The position numbers and the translations under genes were made by a program. From positions 3,747,111-3,811,110 of the forward strand of contig MU058824.1 in assembly GCA_013265495.1 (NCBI GenBank): a stretch of DNA of 64,000 nt, in the 5' to 3' direction. Source of the DNA: Vicugna vicugna (taxonomy: Eukaryota). The notes below the pieces were generated by a model, which was not told where the DNA came from, did not search any database, and worked only from the letters and a program-made list of their open reading frames with translations. Below, piece after piece: positions 1 to 12,192 of the stretch; position 1 is the stretch's first letter; every line of letters begins with the position of its first letter.

Positions 1-939
1 CATAGCTCCCGGCAGTATGGGGAGGGGGGATGAGCAGGGCCTGAGCCTGAGCCTGAATCATTTTTGCTCGAAGCCTCTTTGAGGTGGGGCTTGGACCATA
101 GGATGGGGAATCACAGGGTTTGAGTGCTGGTGATCTTGGGCAAGTCATTGTGGGCCCAGGTTTTCTTACTGGAAAAGAGAAAGAACACCTTCCCCAAAGT
201 CTTGTGCCAAGTCAGGAGGAGCCAAAATCTGTTAAGTTCTATGTAGGTATGAGAGTGTCCTCATAGTTCATTTCAAGTGCCTGCTCTGTGACCTTGGACA
301 AATTCTTTAACTTCTCCAAGGGTCAGTTTACCCATCCGTCAAATAGGGACTGTAATCTTCAGGTGATACAGTTACTGTGAGAATTTCATATGGATGTAAA
401 ATACCTGGCGCAGTTCTTGGCAGTGGCAGGTGTCCAGGTCTGGGTTAGTGCCCTGTCCCTTTCCCTTTCTTATTTCTTCACAGTGAGTACAGCATACAGT
501 AATGAAGCCACAGGCTTCTGAAGTTCCGCTGCCCATTCTGGAACCCAGTGGGCCACGCCTTGGCTGAGAGACCTGGGGCCACTTCCTTAACCTTTGCCTC
601 AATTCTCTTGCCTGTAAAAGGGTAGTGCCACCTACGTCAGAGGGCTGTTGGGAAGATCAGAGTCTGCAGAGTCGGCCCCCAGTGAATGCGATTCTCTAGA
701 CCTTGATCCCTTGGCACACCCAGACCCAGGCCCCCAGCAGCCATTGCCTTCAAGCCCCCTTGGCAGAAGAAAGACAGGCCTGAGCGAAGGGAAAGGGATT
801 TGCTCAAGGTCGCGTCAGGAGTCACCTGGTAGGATCTTTGAGGAATTTTCAGGGACCCTGCCTTGCCATCCTTCGAATAAAGCCCCGCCAAGGGGCCGAG
901 GGCCCAGGGGAGAGGGAGAGGCCAGCTCCTTCTCTTCCG

Positions 940-1660
940 CCCTGTTCTCTGGGCGCCACCTCGGCCCATAACGGAGGACAGACGCCTTCCAGGAGGGCAT
1001 CGGGGTTTGCCAGCGCGGGGTGGCTGGAGAAAGACATCCAACCGCGTCAGAACATGGCGCAAAAAGCAGGCAGCGCGCGGCGCCCTCTGGAAGGAGGCGG
1101 CTCTCCCGCCCGGCCTCCGCCAAGCATTTGCAATTTAATTGACATTTGGCGGCAGGAAGCCAATCAGTATAAGTCAATTGACGTGCGGAGATAAAACTAA
1201 TCGGCGGCCGGCGCTCCCCGCGCCGGCGCCGCCTCGGCGGGGCCGCGGGCACAGCGTGGCGGCCGCGGCGCCGCGGGCCGGGCCCCGGCAGGTACCGGCG
1301 CTGGCGCGTGTCTCGGCCCGCGAGGGGGCGGCGGGCGGCCCGCTGATTGCCGCGCAGCCCACGGCGGCCGGGAGAGGCCCGTAATGAATGACTTTATTTG
1401 CCGGCGCCCTGCTGAGAACAATTGAGTTTGTTATGGTAACAACGGATGCCAGCTTTCCGGGCCCCGGGGAGCGCGGGCGCGGCGGCAGCCGGGAGCTGGG
1501 CAGCGGAGCAGATGATGCGCGCCGAGGTGAGGGGCGCCGGCGGCGGATCCCGGGCCACTGTCAGGAGCCCGAAGGACCGCTTGAGCCCCTGAGGCGGCGG
1601 AGGAGAGGCCGGGCTGCCCCGCCGCCTTGGACCGAGGAGCTGGGTTGGACGACGCACATC
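940..1660. promoter_or_regulatory. Intragenic CpG island in intron 5
   Basis: Very high GC and CpG density (e.g. 1201-1380) against a CpG-depleted background. Boundaries are estimated by eye. Confidence 0.9.
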
Positions 1661-3598
1661 GCTCTTATCTTGGACCACAGTGCAGAATTGGGCTGGGGAT
1701 TCATAAATTCCTTGCTTGCTTGTTGGACTGGCTGGTCCTCCTGGATGTCTCTGCAGCCTCTTCTTCCCCTCTGACCCCGGGTCTAAGGGGGGATTCTGGT
1801 CTTGCTGAATGATGCCCTGACATCAACTTTTTGTCTCTTGCACCACTGGAAAAGTAGAAAAAGACATAAAGGCTTCCCTGCTTCTCGGTGCATGGCTTGA
1901 CAAATTTCAGCCCATCACATGCGGTGATGCTGTCTCTGTACCCTTTGCCCTAAAGAGAGGGCCTTCCATCTCTGTCCCCTGCCTGCATCTGCATTCTTTG
2001 TGGCATGGCACCTCCCCAGGAAGCCCTCCTTGTCCCCACAAAAGAGGCTTCCAGCCACATGGCTACCTCTGAGCCCCTGAAGGCTTCTCTGTCTCCCCCA
2101 TCAGACTGTGAATTCCAAGGGCAGGGTCCAGCTCCATTTTATCCCAGTGGCTCCCTCAGAGCTCAGCTTGAGGACTGGCACAGAGCACAGATGTAGGAGT
2201 ATATAAGGGAGTGGACTTTTTCTTCTTTTCAATCTCTTGCTTTCCCTCTGGTTAGGAAAACAAAGAGTTCCTTTTCCTCGCCCTCCTCCGCTCCTAGTTC
2301 TGTTTTCAGATACGCTACCATTCATTCATTCACTATAAATATTTACTGAGAACCAGCCATGTGTCAGGTAGTCTGGTATGACAGGCCCCTGACTTTGGGG
2401 AACTTACTGGCCAGTGAGAGAAGATCATGCAATGCGTGTGATAAATATGAGTCAGGTACCTACTGTGTGCTGAGTAGTGGCCTGAATTCCTTGAGTTGCC
2501 AAAGGTTAATAAGGGCTTGCTAAGGACATTTCCCTTTGTCATTGCATTCAGTGATCCCTGGTGCCACCCTGTGAAAACCACCCTCGTTCACAGATGTACA
2601 AACCGATGCTTAGCGTGTTCAAGAAGCAGCATGATGCTGTGGAAGGAGTCTGGACTGGGAATCAAACACTAGTTTGCTGTGTGAGGTCTGTCCACTTTCT
2701 TCCCCTCTCTACGCCTCAGTGTCCTCATCTGTAAAGTGGGGGGGGGGAGGTTGGAACTGATGGTCTTCTGAGGGCCAGCAGAGTGTGAATGGGCTACAGA
2801 GGGAGACGGAGCCAGGACCCAGGTTTCTGTTCCCAGCCCAGTCTTGCAGTGTGACCAGTGCAGCTGACAGTGAGACTGAAACACTCACTATGTGACAGGC
2901 ACTGTGCTCAGCGGAGGCCTTAAGAAGTGTAGGTCCTTTTACTGCTTCCCTTTGGTAGATGGAAAAGATGAGAGGTTAAATAACCAGTCTAGGGTCAGCC
3001 AGCAAGTTGCAGGGCTGGGATTCAAACCCAAGCAGTCTAGTTTTAGAGCCTGTGTACTTGACCACTCAGTTCGTAGCAGAGGGAGCACGTAAACCCCCTG
3101 CAACCCCCCTCCTGCTCTTACACGTCACCCAGTCTCAGCCCCACCTCCTGTGTTTTCCCAGCTCCAAAGCGCATTCTGCATGTTTGCAGGGCAGCAGGAG
3201 CACTGATTTGTCAAGGTGTCTTTTCTTCCCGTGGTTTTTGCTTTTTGCCTTGATGCAGACCTCTGAGAGGAGATCCGGCAGGAGGGAGAAGCTGCCACAG
3301 AACCTGGGTCCCTTCTTGGCTCTGACAAGCTGGATGATTGCACTGAAAGTGGGTTTTTAAAAAGGAGAGCGGGGGTCCAGTGTTGTCTTTTGGGAACAAG
3401 CTCTCAGTATTCATGCCAAGGAAGTACAGTACATCTATTTTAGAGTTAATTTTGGTACCTGTATTCCTGTTCTTCCAAAGCACTCTGAGGAACTCTTTCC
3501 TGGAGATACCCCTTTTTCAGAAAGACAGATCAGGAAGATAGTCTCTAATATGGGATAGTCCTAATTGGAAGAACTGGAGGGGCCTTGGAAATCATATG

Positions 3599-4315
3599 CA
3601 GTGAGTTTAAATCCGGTCAGCTCAATCTCCCTTCTTTAAAGCAAATATTTTGTAGTGCTTCCTTTGCCATCCTAAAATGAAATTTATAGAAAATATAACC
3701 TACCTATATGCATAATTTAAAAATTAATATAATGCTCCAATTGTAACAAAAAAGGGAAAAATAAAGTCATAATAAAATGTATTTCATTATGTAGATGCTC
3801 AGGCATGATTACACCAGAAGACATAATAAAGTAGTCAGTTGCTTGCACTTATGTGTAGAATCACCATAAATGTGGCAGCTACAAATGTGGACAGCTGTGT
3901 TTATTGGCAACACAAATACTTCTGGTGGTGTTGCTATAAGCAAACTGACTTTCTCAAATTGTGAACATGTCCTGATAAAATTCCAACCAAAGCAAAGCAT
4001 AATCTTCCCTCAATTTATGTGAAGATTGTATTCCTAAAAAAGTCAGCATAGCTTAAAACACAAGTTCCTGTGTATATATGTGACAGAGTTAAGGTCAATG
4101 GCTCAAATATTCATAGAGTTTTCACCAATTTGAATGTATGATGAATCATTCCAAAGATGTGTAGGATGCAGGGCAACCCTTCACCACACTGAACTGGGCT
4201 GGGAAGCACCCCTGGCTCTGCCCACTAAGTGGCATAACTCCTCCCTAATACCAGTAACTGACAGATTTCCAAAATCCCCTCTGATATGATAACTCACCCT
4301 TATTGAGATCCACTG
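3599..4315. mobile_element. hAT-Charlie non-autonomous element (MER20B-like)
   Basis: Ends cagtg.../...ttgagatccactg with a MER20-like terminus. Collinear diverged similarity with 62940-63450. Confidence 0.6.
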
Positions 4316-5354
4316 CAACAAACGAGTTTCTCTCCAGGGGTCTCTTCCTTTGGGAAATTCTGTGACCCTGTGAAAAAGCAAACTTTACTTATACTGTACA
4401 TTATTGTCTGCAAGCCCGGTGCTGGGGAGTCAGAAGCACGGCCTGATGTGTATCTGGGGATACTCCTTGGGTGCCAAGCTCATGATGAGAGCCCCATCCA
4501 TGTTTTATCTCTGGGATACCTTTTCCCTACTCTCTCATGCTCCCAAGTCCAAATCTTTCCTCCGGGAAGCCTTTTCTGACCCCTCTCCCTGACCCCCAAC
4601 ACCAGATATGTTCTCTGTCTCAGGGCCCCCACTGCCTGCTCTTCAGGGCTCTCTTGGGGCACTTTGCCATGCTTGAAACGTAACTCCATCTCCTTGCCAG
4701 AGAATCGGCTCCCCTTACAGGGATATTTGGGGTTAGAGCACCAGCAAAAGATGAATGAACACTTGAACCAAGGGATGCAGCTTAGCTAGGTGCTCCTCTC
4801 TGTACACATCTTGTCCTTTTTAATTAAGCAAATGGCTTCCCTTTTCCTGCCCTCCCTCCCTGTCGTCATCACTGACACGAGATGCTCTCTGTGCAGACGG
4901 CACTGTTTCGTTCGGGGTCCCCTGGCTTGCTTGCTCTGATCCAACACTGCAGATTTGGCAGGATTTATCGACCCCATTGCACAGAAGAGATGAGATGAGA
5001 TGTGTAAGGTCACACAGCTGGCAAGTGGCAGAGCCTGAGCTGGCACCCATGTGCTACCATCTTTGTCATTTAAACACTTCCAAGGCTGGGCCTCTCCCTT
5101 GGGAAGTCATTCATCCCTTTACTGGCTCCTGACTCAGAGCTGGGCACTGTGGCCTCTGTGATGGGCAAGGCCTGGTGGCCCCTTTTGTTTTCCCCTAGGG
5201 GGTTCTGTCTCTCAAGCCCCAGGCCAGGCATGGAGATGAGCATCAGATGCCCTCAGGGAGAGAGTGACCATTCTTTCCCAACAGGGGGTCACCAAAGGAG
5301 TGGCTGTCTCCTTTGTAACTGTTTTTTTTACACATTCAGTGAAACGTCCACTTT

Positions 5355-5900
5355 TATCTACTCACTCTACAAGTGTTTCTTGTGTGCCTGCTGTGTGCCA
5401 GACATTATTCTGGGTGCTTGGAACACAGCAATGAATGGGACAGACAAAAACCTTTGCTCTCATGAGTGACATTCTAATGAGGAAGTGGAGAATAAATAAG
5501 GAAAATAAACAGCGTGTTGTTAAGTGCTCTGGAGGACCACAAAGCTGGATAAAGAGATAGAGAATGAAACAGGGTAGGGGATATGCTGGTTTGTGGATGG
5601 TGGTCTTAATGATGAGATGACACTTGGCCAGAGACTCCAGGGGAGGGAGGAGTGAGCCAAACCGATATCTGGGGAGGAATGTTCCAGAGGGCAAGAACAG
5701 CACATGCCAAGGCCTGAGGGAGGCAGGGGTGTGCTCGGCATGATTAAGGGACAGCGAGGAGGCTGGTGTGGCCAGAGCAGAACAAGCAGAAGGAGAGTGG
5801 GAGGAGGGGCGGTCAGGTGTGGGGCAAGGGACCCAGAGACAGTGCGGCCTTGTAAGCCCTGAGCCACTGTGGGATTTGCTCTGAGTGAGATGAGGCCTCA
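5355..5900 (-). mobile_element. L2 3' region
   Basis: Reversed L2 tail (tgtgccagacattattctgggtgcttggaacacagcaatgaatgggacagacaaaaacc; ggaatgttccagagggcaagaacagcacatgccaaggcctgagg). Confidence 0.75.
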
Positions 5901-7079
5901 GTGAGTGACAGCCCAGAGCATCTAACAGGGAAGTTCAGAGGTGCGTTCTGTCCGCCACTGCCAGTGAGTCACCAACTCCAGCAGACTTTCCCTCTTTGTC
6001 ATCTCCTGAACCTGCCCCTTAACCTGGGTACCATTCCCATCATGCACTCTCTCCTGAGCGAGGGCCTCCATCTGACCTCTGGGCCTCTGTCTCGCCCCTC
6101 TGCAGTGGGGTCGCTCTACTCTGTGGCTACATCAGACCGTATGAGACCCTCCACTCCATAACTGTTCTGTCTGGAGTGAATTGTAAGTGTATTGGTATAA
6201 TCAGACAAGAGTCTGACAGTTTGGAACACAGACTGGGGGATCGGGGATGTAGGGACTGGGCTTACTGGAAAGTGCACTGGAGGGCAGCATGCTTTGGTGG
6301 GAGGCCCAGAAGCCCTTCCCTGCCCCCCCAACAAACCCCTCATCTCAGCCCTGTCTCTGGCCTCAGCAATGGCTCCCCCCAGAGGTGCCCACTTTATTTA
6401 TTACTTCTCCCCAGCTCCCTGCCGGCAGAGGGAAGTCCATTAGTGTGTTTGCAGACTCTGCCAGCTCCGAGCAGATGCAAGGCTTATTTGCAAACTGTCA
6501 TTGCCCTGGCCTCCTCCAGAGACCTGCATGCTGGGCTCAGCCTTGTGGCTCCAAGAGCCACTTCCCCCAGGCAGACAGCCGGGCAGAGCCCGTGTCCCCG
6601 GATTTCCCAAAGCGCAGCGTCTTGTCTTGTAGTTGAGAAAATTAAATTAAATGCCACGAAGGAACCAAAACGGCACACTGGGTCATGTTGACAGTGGAGA
6701 ATGAAGTTCTCTCTGTTGGTAGTAGCTCATTGGCTTGGCATGAATCAGGGGAAGTGTTGAGAGAAAGCGCAAAGTCCTGGGCCTAGGGCCTAGGATCCAG
6801 ATTTGAGTCCCGACTGGGCCGCTGAGAGCCTTGGTGACTTTGAAAAACTGTCTACTGCCCTCTGGGTCTCAGTTTCTAAGCTGTAGAAGATGCTGCAGCT
6901 AATCTTAGAATCCATCCTAAGCTCTAGAATTCTCTGAGATGAATTTGGAGGATGTTTCCTTCATCCAGGTAGTCAGGGACAGAGTGGTGTACCCAAAGTG
7001 ATGCGGCAGGTCTGAAATTGCCTTCAGGTCGGCCTCAGCAGGGTGTGCGGCACTCAGGGGCTCAGACACTAGGGCTCTC

Positions 7080-7260
7080 AGGCTCAACTGGCCTGATAAC
7101 TCTATGGTATTACCTTGGGCAAGCCACTTCCCTCTCTCTGAACTCATTTTCTCATCTGTAAATGGGAATGATCATCTCTTGCCCACTTCCTGAGGTTGTG
7201 GCGAGAATCAGAGAAGCTGATGAATGTGAAGTTTCGGCATGAATGCATACTTGAGGAGTG
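7080..7260 (+). mobile_element. MIR
   Basis: ccttgggcaagccacttccctctctgaactcattttctcatctgtaaatggg. One of many MIRs in the window; not all are listed. Confidence 0.75.
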
Positions 7261-7846
7261 GAGATTGTGATTGTTATTGTTGCTGTTACCACTGCCACAT
7301 GTGCCTTACTCTGTCTGGACACATGCACTTGCCAGTATAATCCAGGAACATGCCCCTGCTGAGTACAGAGCCCAAACACCTCAGTTTAGCTCTGTGAAAG
7401 TGAAGGATGGTGCTCTGGTGCAGAATGAAGAGCCCCTCTTATAATTTGTGCTTGTTCAGTTCCATGACATCATAAATCCACCACTGATGTGTGTGTTTGG
7501 TGAAAAAACACACCACAGATATACACAAAAGCCTCTTGAGTTCTTTTCAGCTGGGACAGGGGATGACACACGTTGGCAGACAGAGGCTGATCTCTGTGTA
7601 TCCAAGAGGAGTCGAAGCCAGTCTGAGTATATCTAACAGGTCAAGCTCTGAAATGAAGAAGCAATAAGCCAGTGAAATGGTACTATCACCGAAACATGAT
7701 TGATCAATTGAATTCTATCAGAGACAGTGGACAGTGAGATTAACTCAGGCCTGATAGGTTCAATGAGTTAAAGCATGATGTTCATTTCAGCTTCATTTCA
7801 CCAGTCTTTGCTTGTGAAATTGGTCAATCAATAGAGGTTGAAGATC

Positions 7847-7864
7847 ATATATATATATATATAT
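7847..7864. repeat. (AT)9 microsatellite
   Basis: Perfect dinucleotide run. Confidence 0.9.
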
Positions 7865-8829
7865 CGGGACCATCTTATGGGGAATATAATCTTGGTAGTT
7901 GGCTCCTGGCTGGGGCTGCCTGCCTCGGGTAATGGAGACAGAACAGGGACTCCATCAGGCCCATCGAAATGGCCTGATATCTTCTCCAAATGAAAAGTAT
8001 TTTTGGATCTCTGATGATTTATCTTTTTTTCCTCCCTCTCACTTTGATCTATGACAAAACCCATACCCATCTTGGAAAAATATAGTGATTTCTCCTGAAA
8101 ACATTTGTGCAATGATCAGATAGATACACTTCAAAATATGAACCTTCTTTTTAGTTATATTGTCCTTGGGAAAAAAATAAAGACAGTAATTTAAAAACTC
8201 AAATGGGGGTAATGCAAAGAGATCAGAGTAAATATGATTTTTAACCCTTTTTATTTATTTATTTCTGCACAGTGGGGGTGGGGGGCAGACTGCTGTGTGC
8301 ATGAAAGCCAAAAATGGATCCGTGGATAAGTCCTTCCAGGTGTAATTAAAATGAAACCTTTAGCATTCTTTGATCTCATCTCAAAGCACAATTCACAGAA
8401 ACAAATCACTCTTTTGCTCCTAGTAATATTTCACTTGCTTTGGAATATTTTTACTATGGTGGTTAACATCCTTCCTAATAAGCGTGCATATCTCTCTGTA
8501 AGGTGGAGTAATTAGGTACTAGTGTATGAGGTAATGGACTTGGACAGTATGGATTAGAGAGAACAGATTTGTTCCGTGGAAATGCACAAGGTAGTACTTC
8601 CTTCCTGCCTATTCTTTGAGGTTATCTTGGTTTATTTAAGCACAAAGAAATTCCATCTCTTCATACGAACACCATGAGAGCTCCAATAATGTATTTGTAC
8701 TGTTTGTACATCAGAGTGTATATTAGGCTCTGGATAATGGATAACGGATAATGGTACTGAGTCGCTAGACAGTGGAGGAAAGAACCTTGCATACTTGGTT
8801 CCTTTCCCTTTCACCCGTTCCTGGAGTCT

Positions 8830-9480
8830 AATCCTACTGCATTATAGCCATTCTCCATGCACCGTGGTTTTTTGTGCCTCCAGGCCTTTGCATATGCTCT
8901 TCCTTCTGGTTGGAATGCACTTCTTCTTCTTTGCCCCTTTCTTTAGCTAACTCCTTCCTATTCATCCTTAAGCCTTGGGCTTCATCTTTCCCGGGAGGCC
9001 TTTCCAGATCACCCTTGCTCCCAGTCTGGATGAAGTGGGGTGGTTTAGAGTAGAGTTAGGAGCAGATTTTGGAGCCAGACTGGTTGGGTTTTGATCCCAG
9101 CTTCTCCATCTCTTAGCTATGTGATCTTGGGCAAGGTACTTAACCTCCCTGTGCCTCAGTTTCCTCATCTATAAAATGGGAGAGGGCAATGATAGACTTG
9201 GCATCACTGGGTTGTTGTGAGGATTAAACAGATAAGGTGCTTAGAATAGTGCCTGACACAGAGGAAGCTCTGTAGAAGGGTTGGCTGCTACCGTTTGGCT
9301 CCCAGGGCTGCCTCTGTTGCTCAGGCTCCTGGCTTACCTTGCTACATTGGAATTATTCACTCGTCTATGTCCTCCACTTGAAGGCAGTAGTTAGAACTTA
9401 AATCCCTTTCCAGCTTTGGTGCCAGGTTCAGGGCTGGACACTCAGCAGGAGTCTGGTGCATGTGGCTCAGGAATGAATGG
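8830..9480 (+). mobile_element. L2 3' end interrupted by a MIR (about 9040-9290)
   Basis: The L2 (gcctccaggcctttgcatatgctcttccttctggttggaatgc ... gaatgaatg) is split by a MIR core (ctgtgcctcagtttcctcatctataaaatggg). Confidence 0.75.
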
Positions 9481-10593
9481 AGCCATGAAACTTGAAACAG
9501 GAATTGGGGGCCTCATGTCTTCCTGGGCTTAGCTTACCTTGGCGCTGCCTTCTGGCCCCAGACAAATCCCTTTGCCGTCCCTGAGTGTGGAATCATCGGT
9601 CCCTTGGGGCCTTTCCCTCACTGACAGCATATGACTCATTGGGTAACACACAGCACAATCAGATTCACTCTGGTTGAACCTGAATGTATTTGGCAATTTT
9701 ACAATTTCGCATTTTCCTTCTTAGAGAAGAAAGATTGAGTGAAACTAATGGCTGAATAATGGTCGTTCCAATGGAATTTTCCTCCACACCGCTCTGATTT
9801 TTCTCAGAGTGCAGCCCTGGTTTAGGATTGCATTTATAAAATCACCCAGAACATCGATTTTGGTTCTAGGCTGCCGCGGGACCTTTCCAGACCTGCCTCC
9901 CTGATCCCCAGCACAGGGCATGGCTCATAGTAGTTTCCCTGAAAGTGTTGCTGTCTGAACCTTGCTGTCTGGGCCTGGAATCTGATCTCCTTATCTCAGC
10001 ACCTTGTCCCCTCCCCTTATCTGAGCTCTGGCTCAGATGGTCCCTCCTCCAGGACCCATCTCTGTGTTGTTAGCCATCTCTGGGTCACACTAAGCCTTCA
10101 AAGCACCATGTGGAGAAAAGAAGTTCCGTGAAATATTTTGAGTAGAAGAGTCAATGGCATTTTGTTGTTGTTGGACTCTGAGCACTCTGTGACTTGCTGT
10201 GTTTTCCTTTTGGTGTGCATCGCCAGGAAACTTAACTGCTCAGCTAAGTTAGGTTGGTAGCATATCTTATACTCTTGTTTAAAATTTTTTGAACTACCTC
10301 AGATCTTTCTTTGAACGTAGAACATAAACTCCTAGTTGGTTCACTCTTTCCTCCTCCGGGATCACTGATATAATGGAGGTCACTCCCGGAGGTTTTCTCC
10401 CAAGTTCTCTGATGAAGCCAGAGACTGTCCTGTAACTGAGTTCCCCTAAACCATTCAGACCTACAGCCCCTTGAGTTCCTAGGTCACTTATTCAGTCAAC
10501 AAACGTTGGTTCGCAACCCCCAAGCTTGAGGTGAATCAGACATGGCCTCTGTCCTCAGAGAGCTTATACTCTCAGTAGGGAATGAAAGAAATA

Positions 10594-11035
10594 CAGGCAT
10601 ACCTTGAGGAAATTGTGAATTTGGTTCCACACCATTGCAGTAAATTGACTATCGCAATAAAGGGATTCACACATTTTTTTATTTCCCAATGCATATTAAA
10701 GTTATGTTTATACTATACTGTAGTCTCTTAAATGTGCAAAGCATTATGTCTAAAAAATAATGTACACACCTTAATTCAAAAATACTCTATTGCTAAAAAA
10801 TGCTAACCATCATCTGAGTCTTCAGTGAGTTGTAATCTTTTTGCTGGTGGAGGGTTTGAACTATTGTGAGACTTACCATAATGTGATACAGAGTGATGAA
10901 GTGAGGCAAATGCTGTTGGAAAAATGGCACCGATAGACTTGCTTCACTCAGGGTTGCCACAAACCTTCAACTTATAAAAACACAATTATCTGTGAAATGC
11001 AATAAAACAAAGCACAATAAAATGAGATATACCTG
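10594..11035 (-). mobile_element. Internally deleted Tigger1-type DNA transposon (TcMar-Tigger)
   Basis: TIRs caggcatacct... / ...agatatacctg, with TA at the left end. Both terminal segments match Tigger1 ends as remembered. Confidence 0.85.
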
Positions 11036-11044
11036 GAATAATCC

Positions 11045-11260
11045 TAGAACCACTTTGTTAATTGAGCACTTTCTACGTGCCAAGTACTACGCTAAGCTTT
11101 TGACATGTATCCTCATTCAATTCTTTCATCAATCCTGGGTGTCATTATGTATTGTCCCACTGTATGGATGAGAAAACGGAGGATTAGAGAGGTTAAAGGA
11201 GTTTCTCAAATATCATAGTCTTGTAAGAGATGGAGTGAGGATTTGAGCCTCCCTGGTGTG
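11045..11260 (-). mobile_element. MIR
   Basis: ttgagcactttctacgtgccaagtact...tggatgagaaaacggaggattagagaggttaa. Confidence 0.7.
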
Positions 11261-12031
11261 CTGTACCACATCCATCACCATGCTCAGTTTTACTCAAAGA
11301 CCTGTTAAGAGGTGTGCAAGTGCCCTGTCACGTGACCTTGAACACATTACTTATTATCTCTGCCAGTTTCCTCAGCTTTAAATGGGGATTCCAAGAGGCT
11401 CAACCTCACAGGATGGGTCGTAAGGGGATGAAATCCAGGATAATAGCGGTGGCCTATGTAACCTGCTGAGGAGACCGAGAAGAAAGGGCAATTAATTTAG
11501 CCTTTGGACTTCAGAGACAAGGTGGCTTTTAGGCTGAGCCTTAGATGGGCAGGGGTGAAGGGCGAGTCAGCAGAGGGAATGGAGTGAATGGTAGCATCAG
11601 GGTCACTTGGGGAATGAGGAGGGGCCTGCTAAGATGGTATTGGGGGGTGACTGGAGAGGTGACCCTGACTGGAGGGGCAGGGCGTGGAGGCCTGGGAGGC
11701 TTGGGCTTTGTCCTGGCAAAGCCTTGGAAGGGTTTTCCTGGTGAAAATGATGATGACAGCAGCTGCTGTTATTTGGACACTAACTTTGTGCTAAGTATGT
11801 CACAGAGATTATCTCATTTAATCCTTATAAAAGCCCTCGAGATGGTCCTGCCTACCATCGTAAGGGCTCTGGTCTTAGTGGCTGACCTGAGGAATAAAGG
11901 GAAATGGAGAGAGCACTGCATCTGCAGATAAGAGACCAAGGTGCAAATCCCAGCTGAGTGACCTCAAGTTACTCAACCTCTCTGAGTCTCAGTTTTCTCA
12001 TCTGTAAAATGGGGTAAGAATATGCACCTCA

Positions 12032-12192
12032 GAGGAGAGGGTATAGCTCAGTGATAGAGTGCATGCTTAGTATGCATGAGGTCCTGGGTTCCATCCTCAG
12101 TAACTCCATTAAAATCGATAAGTAAATAAATAATCCTACTTACATCCTCTCCCAAACAAACAAACAGTAAAATAAAATATTAAAAAAAAAAA
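12032..12192 (+). mobile_element. tRNA(Ala)-derived SINE, Vic-1-like (camelid), inserted in a MIR
   Basis: Head gggtatagctcagtgatagagtgcatgcttagtatgcatgaggtcctgggttccatcctcag with A/B boxes and an A-rich tail. Degenerate TSD tatgcacctca / tgtgcatctca. MIR core on both sides. Confidence 0.85.

Noticed and set aside
1160..1173. CCAAT plus TATAAG as a core promoter
   Set aside because: The two motifs are only 3 nt apart, which is incompatible with canonical CCAAT-TATA spacing.
637..1812. Many overlapping 60-145 aa ORFs on both strands
   Set aside because: They result from stop-codon scarcity in a GC-rich CpG island. The peptides are low-complexity Arg/Gly/Pro/Ala with no recognisable domain.
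3780..4315. Similarity to 62940-63450 suggesting a segmental duplication
   Set aside because: The copies are highly diverged and the similarity is confined to the element, which fits independent insertions of one hAT family.
5277..5292. CTCF-like ccaacagggggtcac
   Set aside because: It mismatches at core positions (GGT instead of GGC).
12038..12108. tRNA-Ala-like gene (also 34086-34156)
   Set aside because: The stems and anticodon are degenerate, and it is followed by a SINE tail and TSD. It is a SINE head, not a tRNA.
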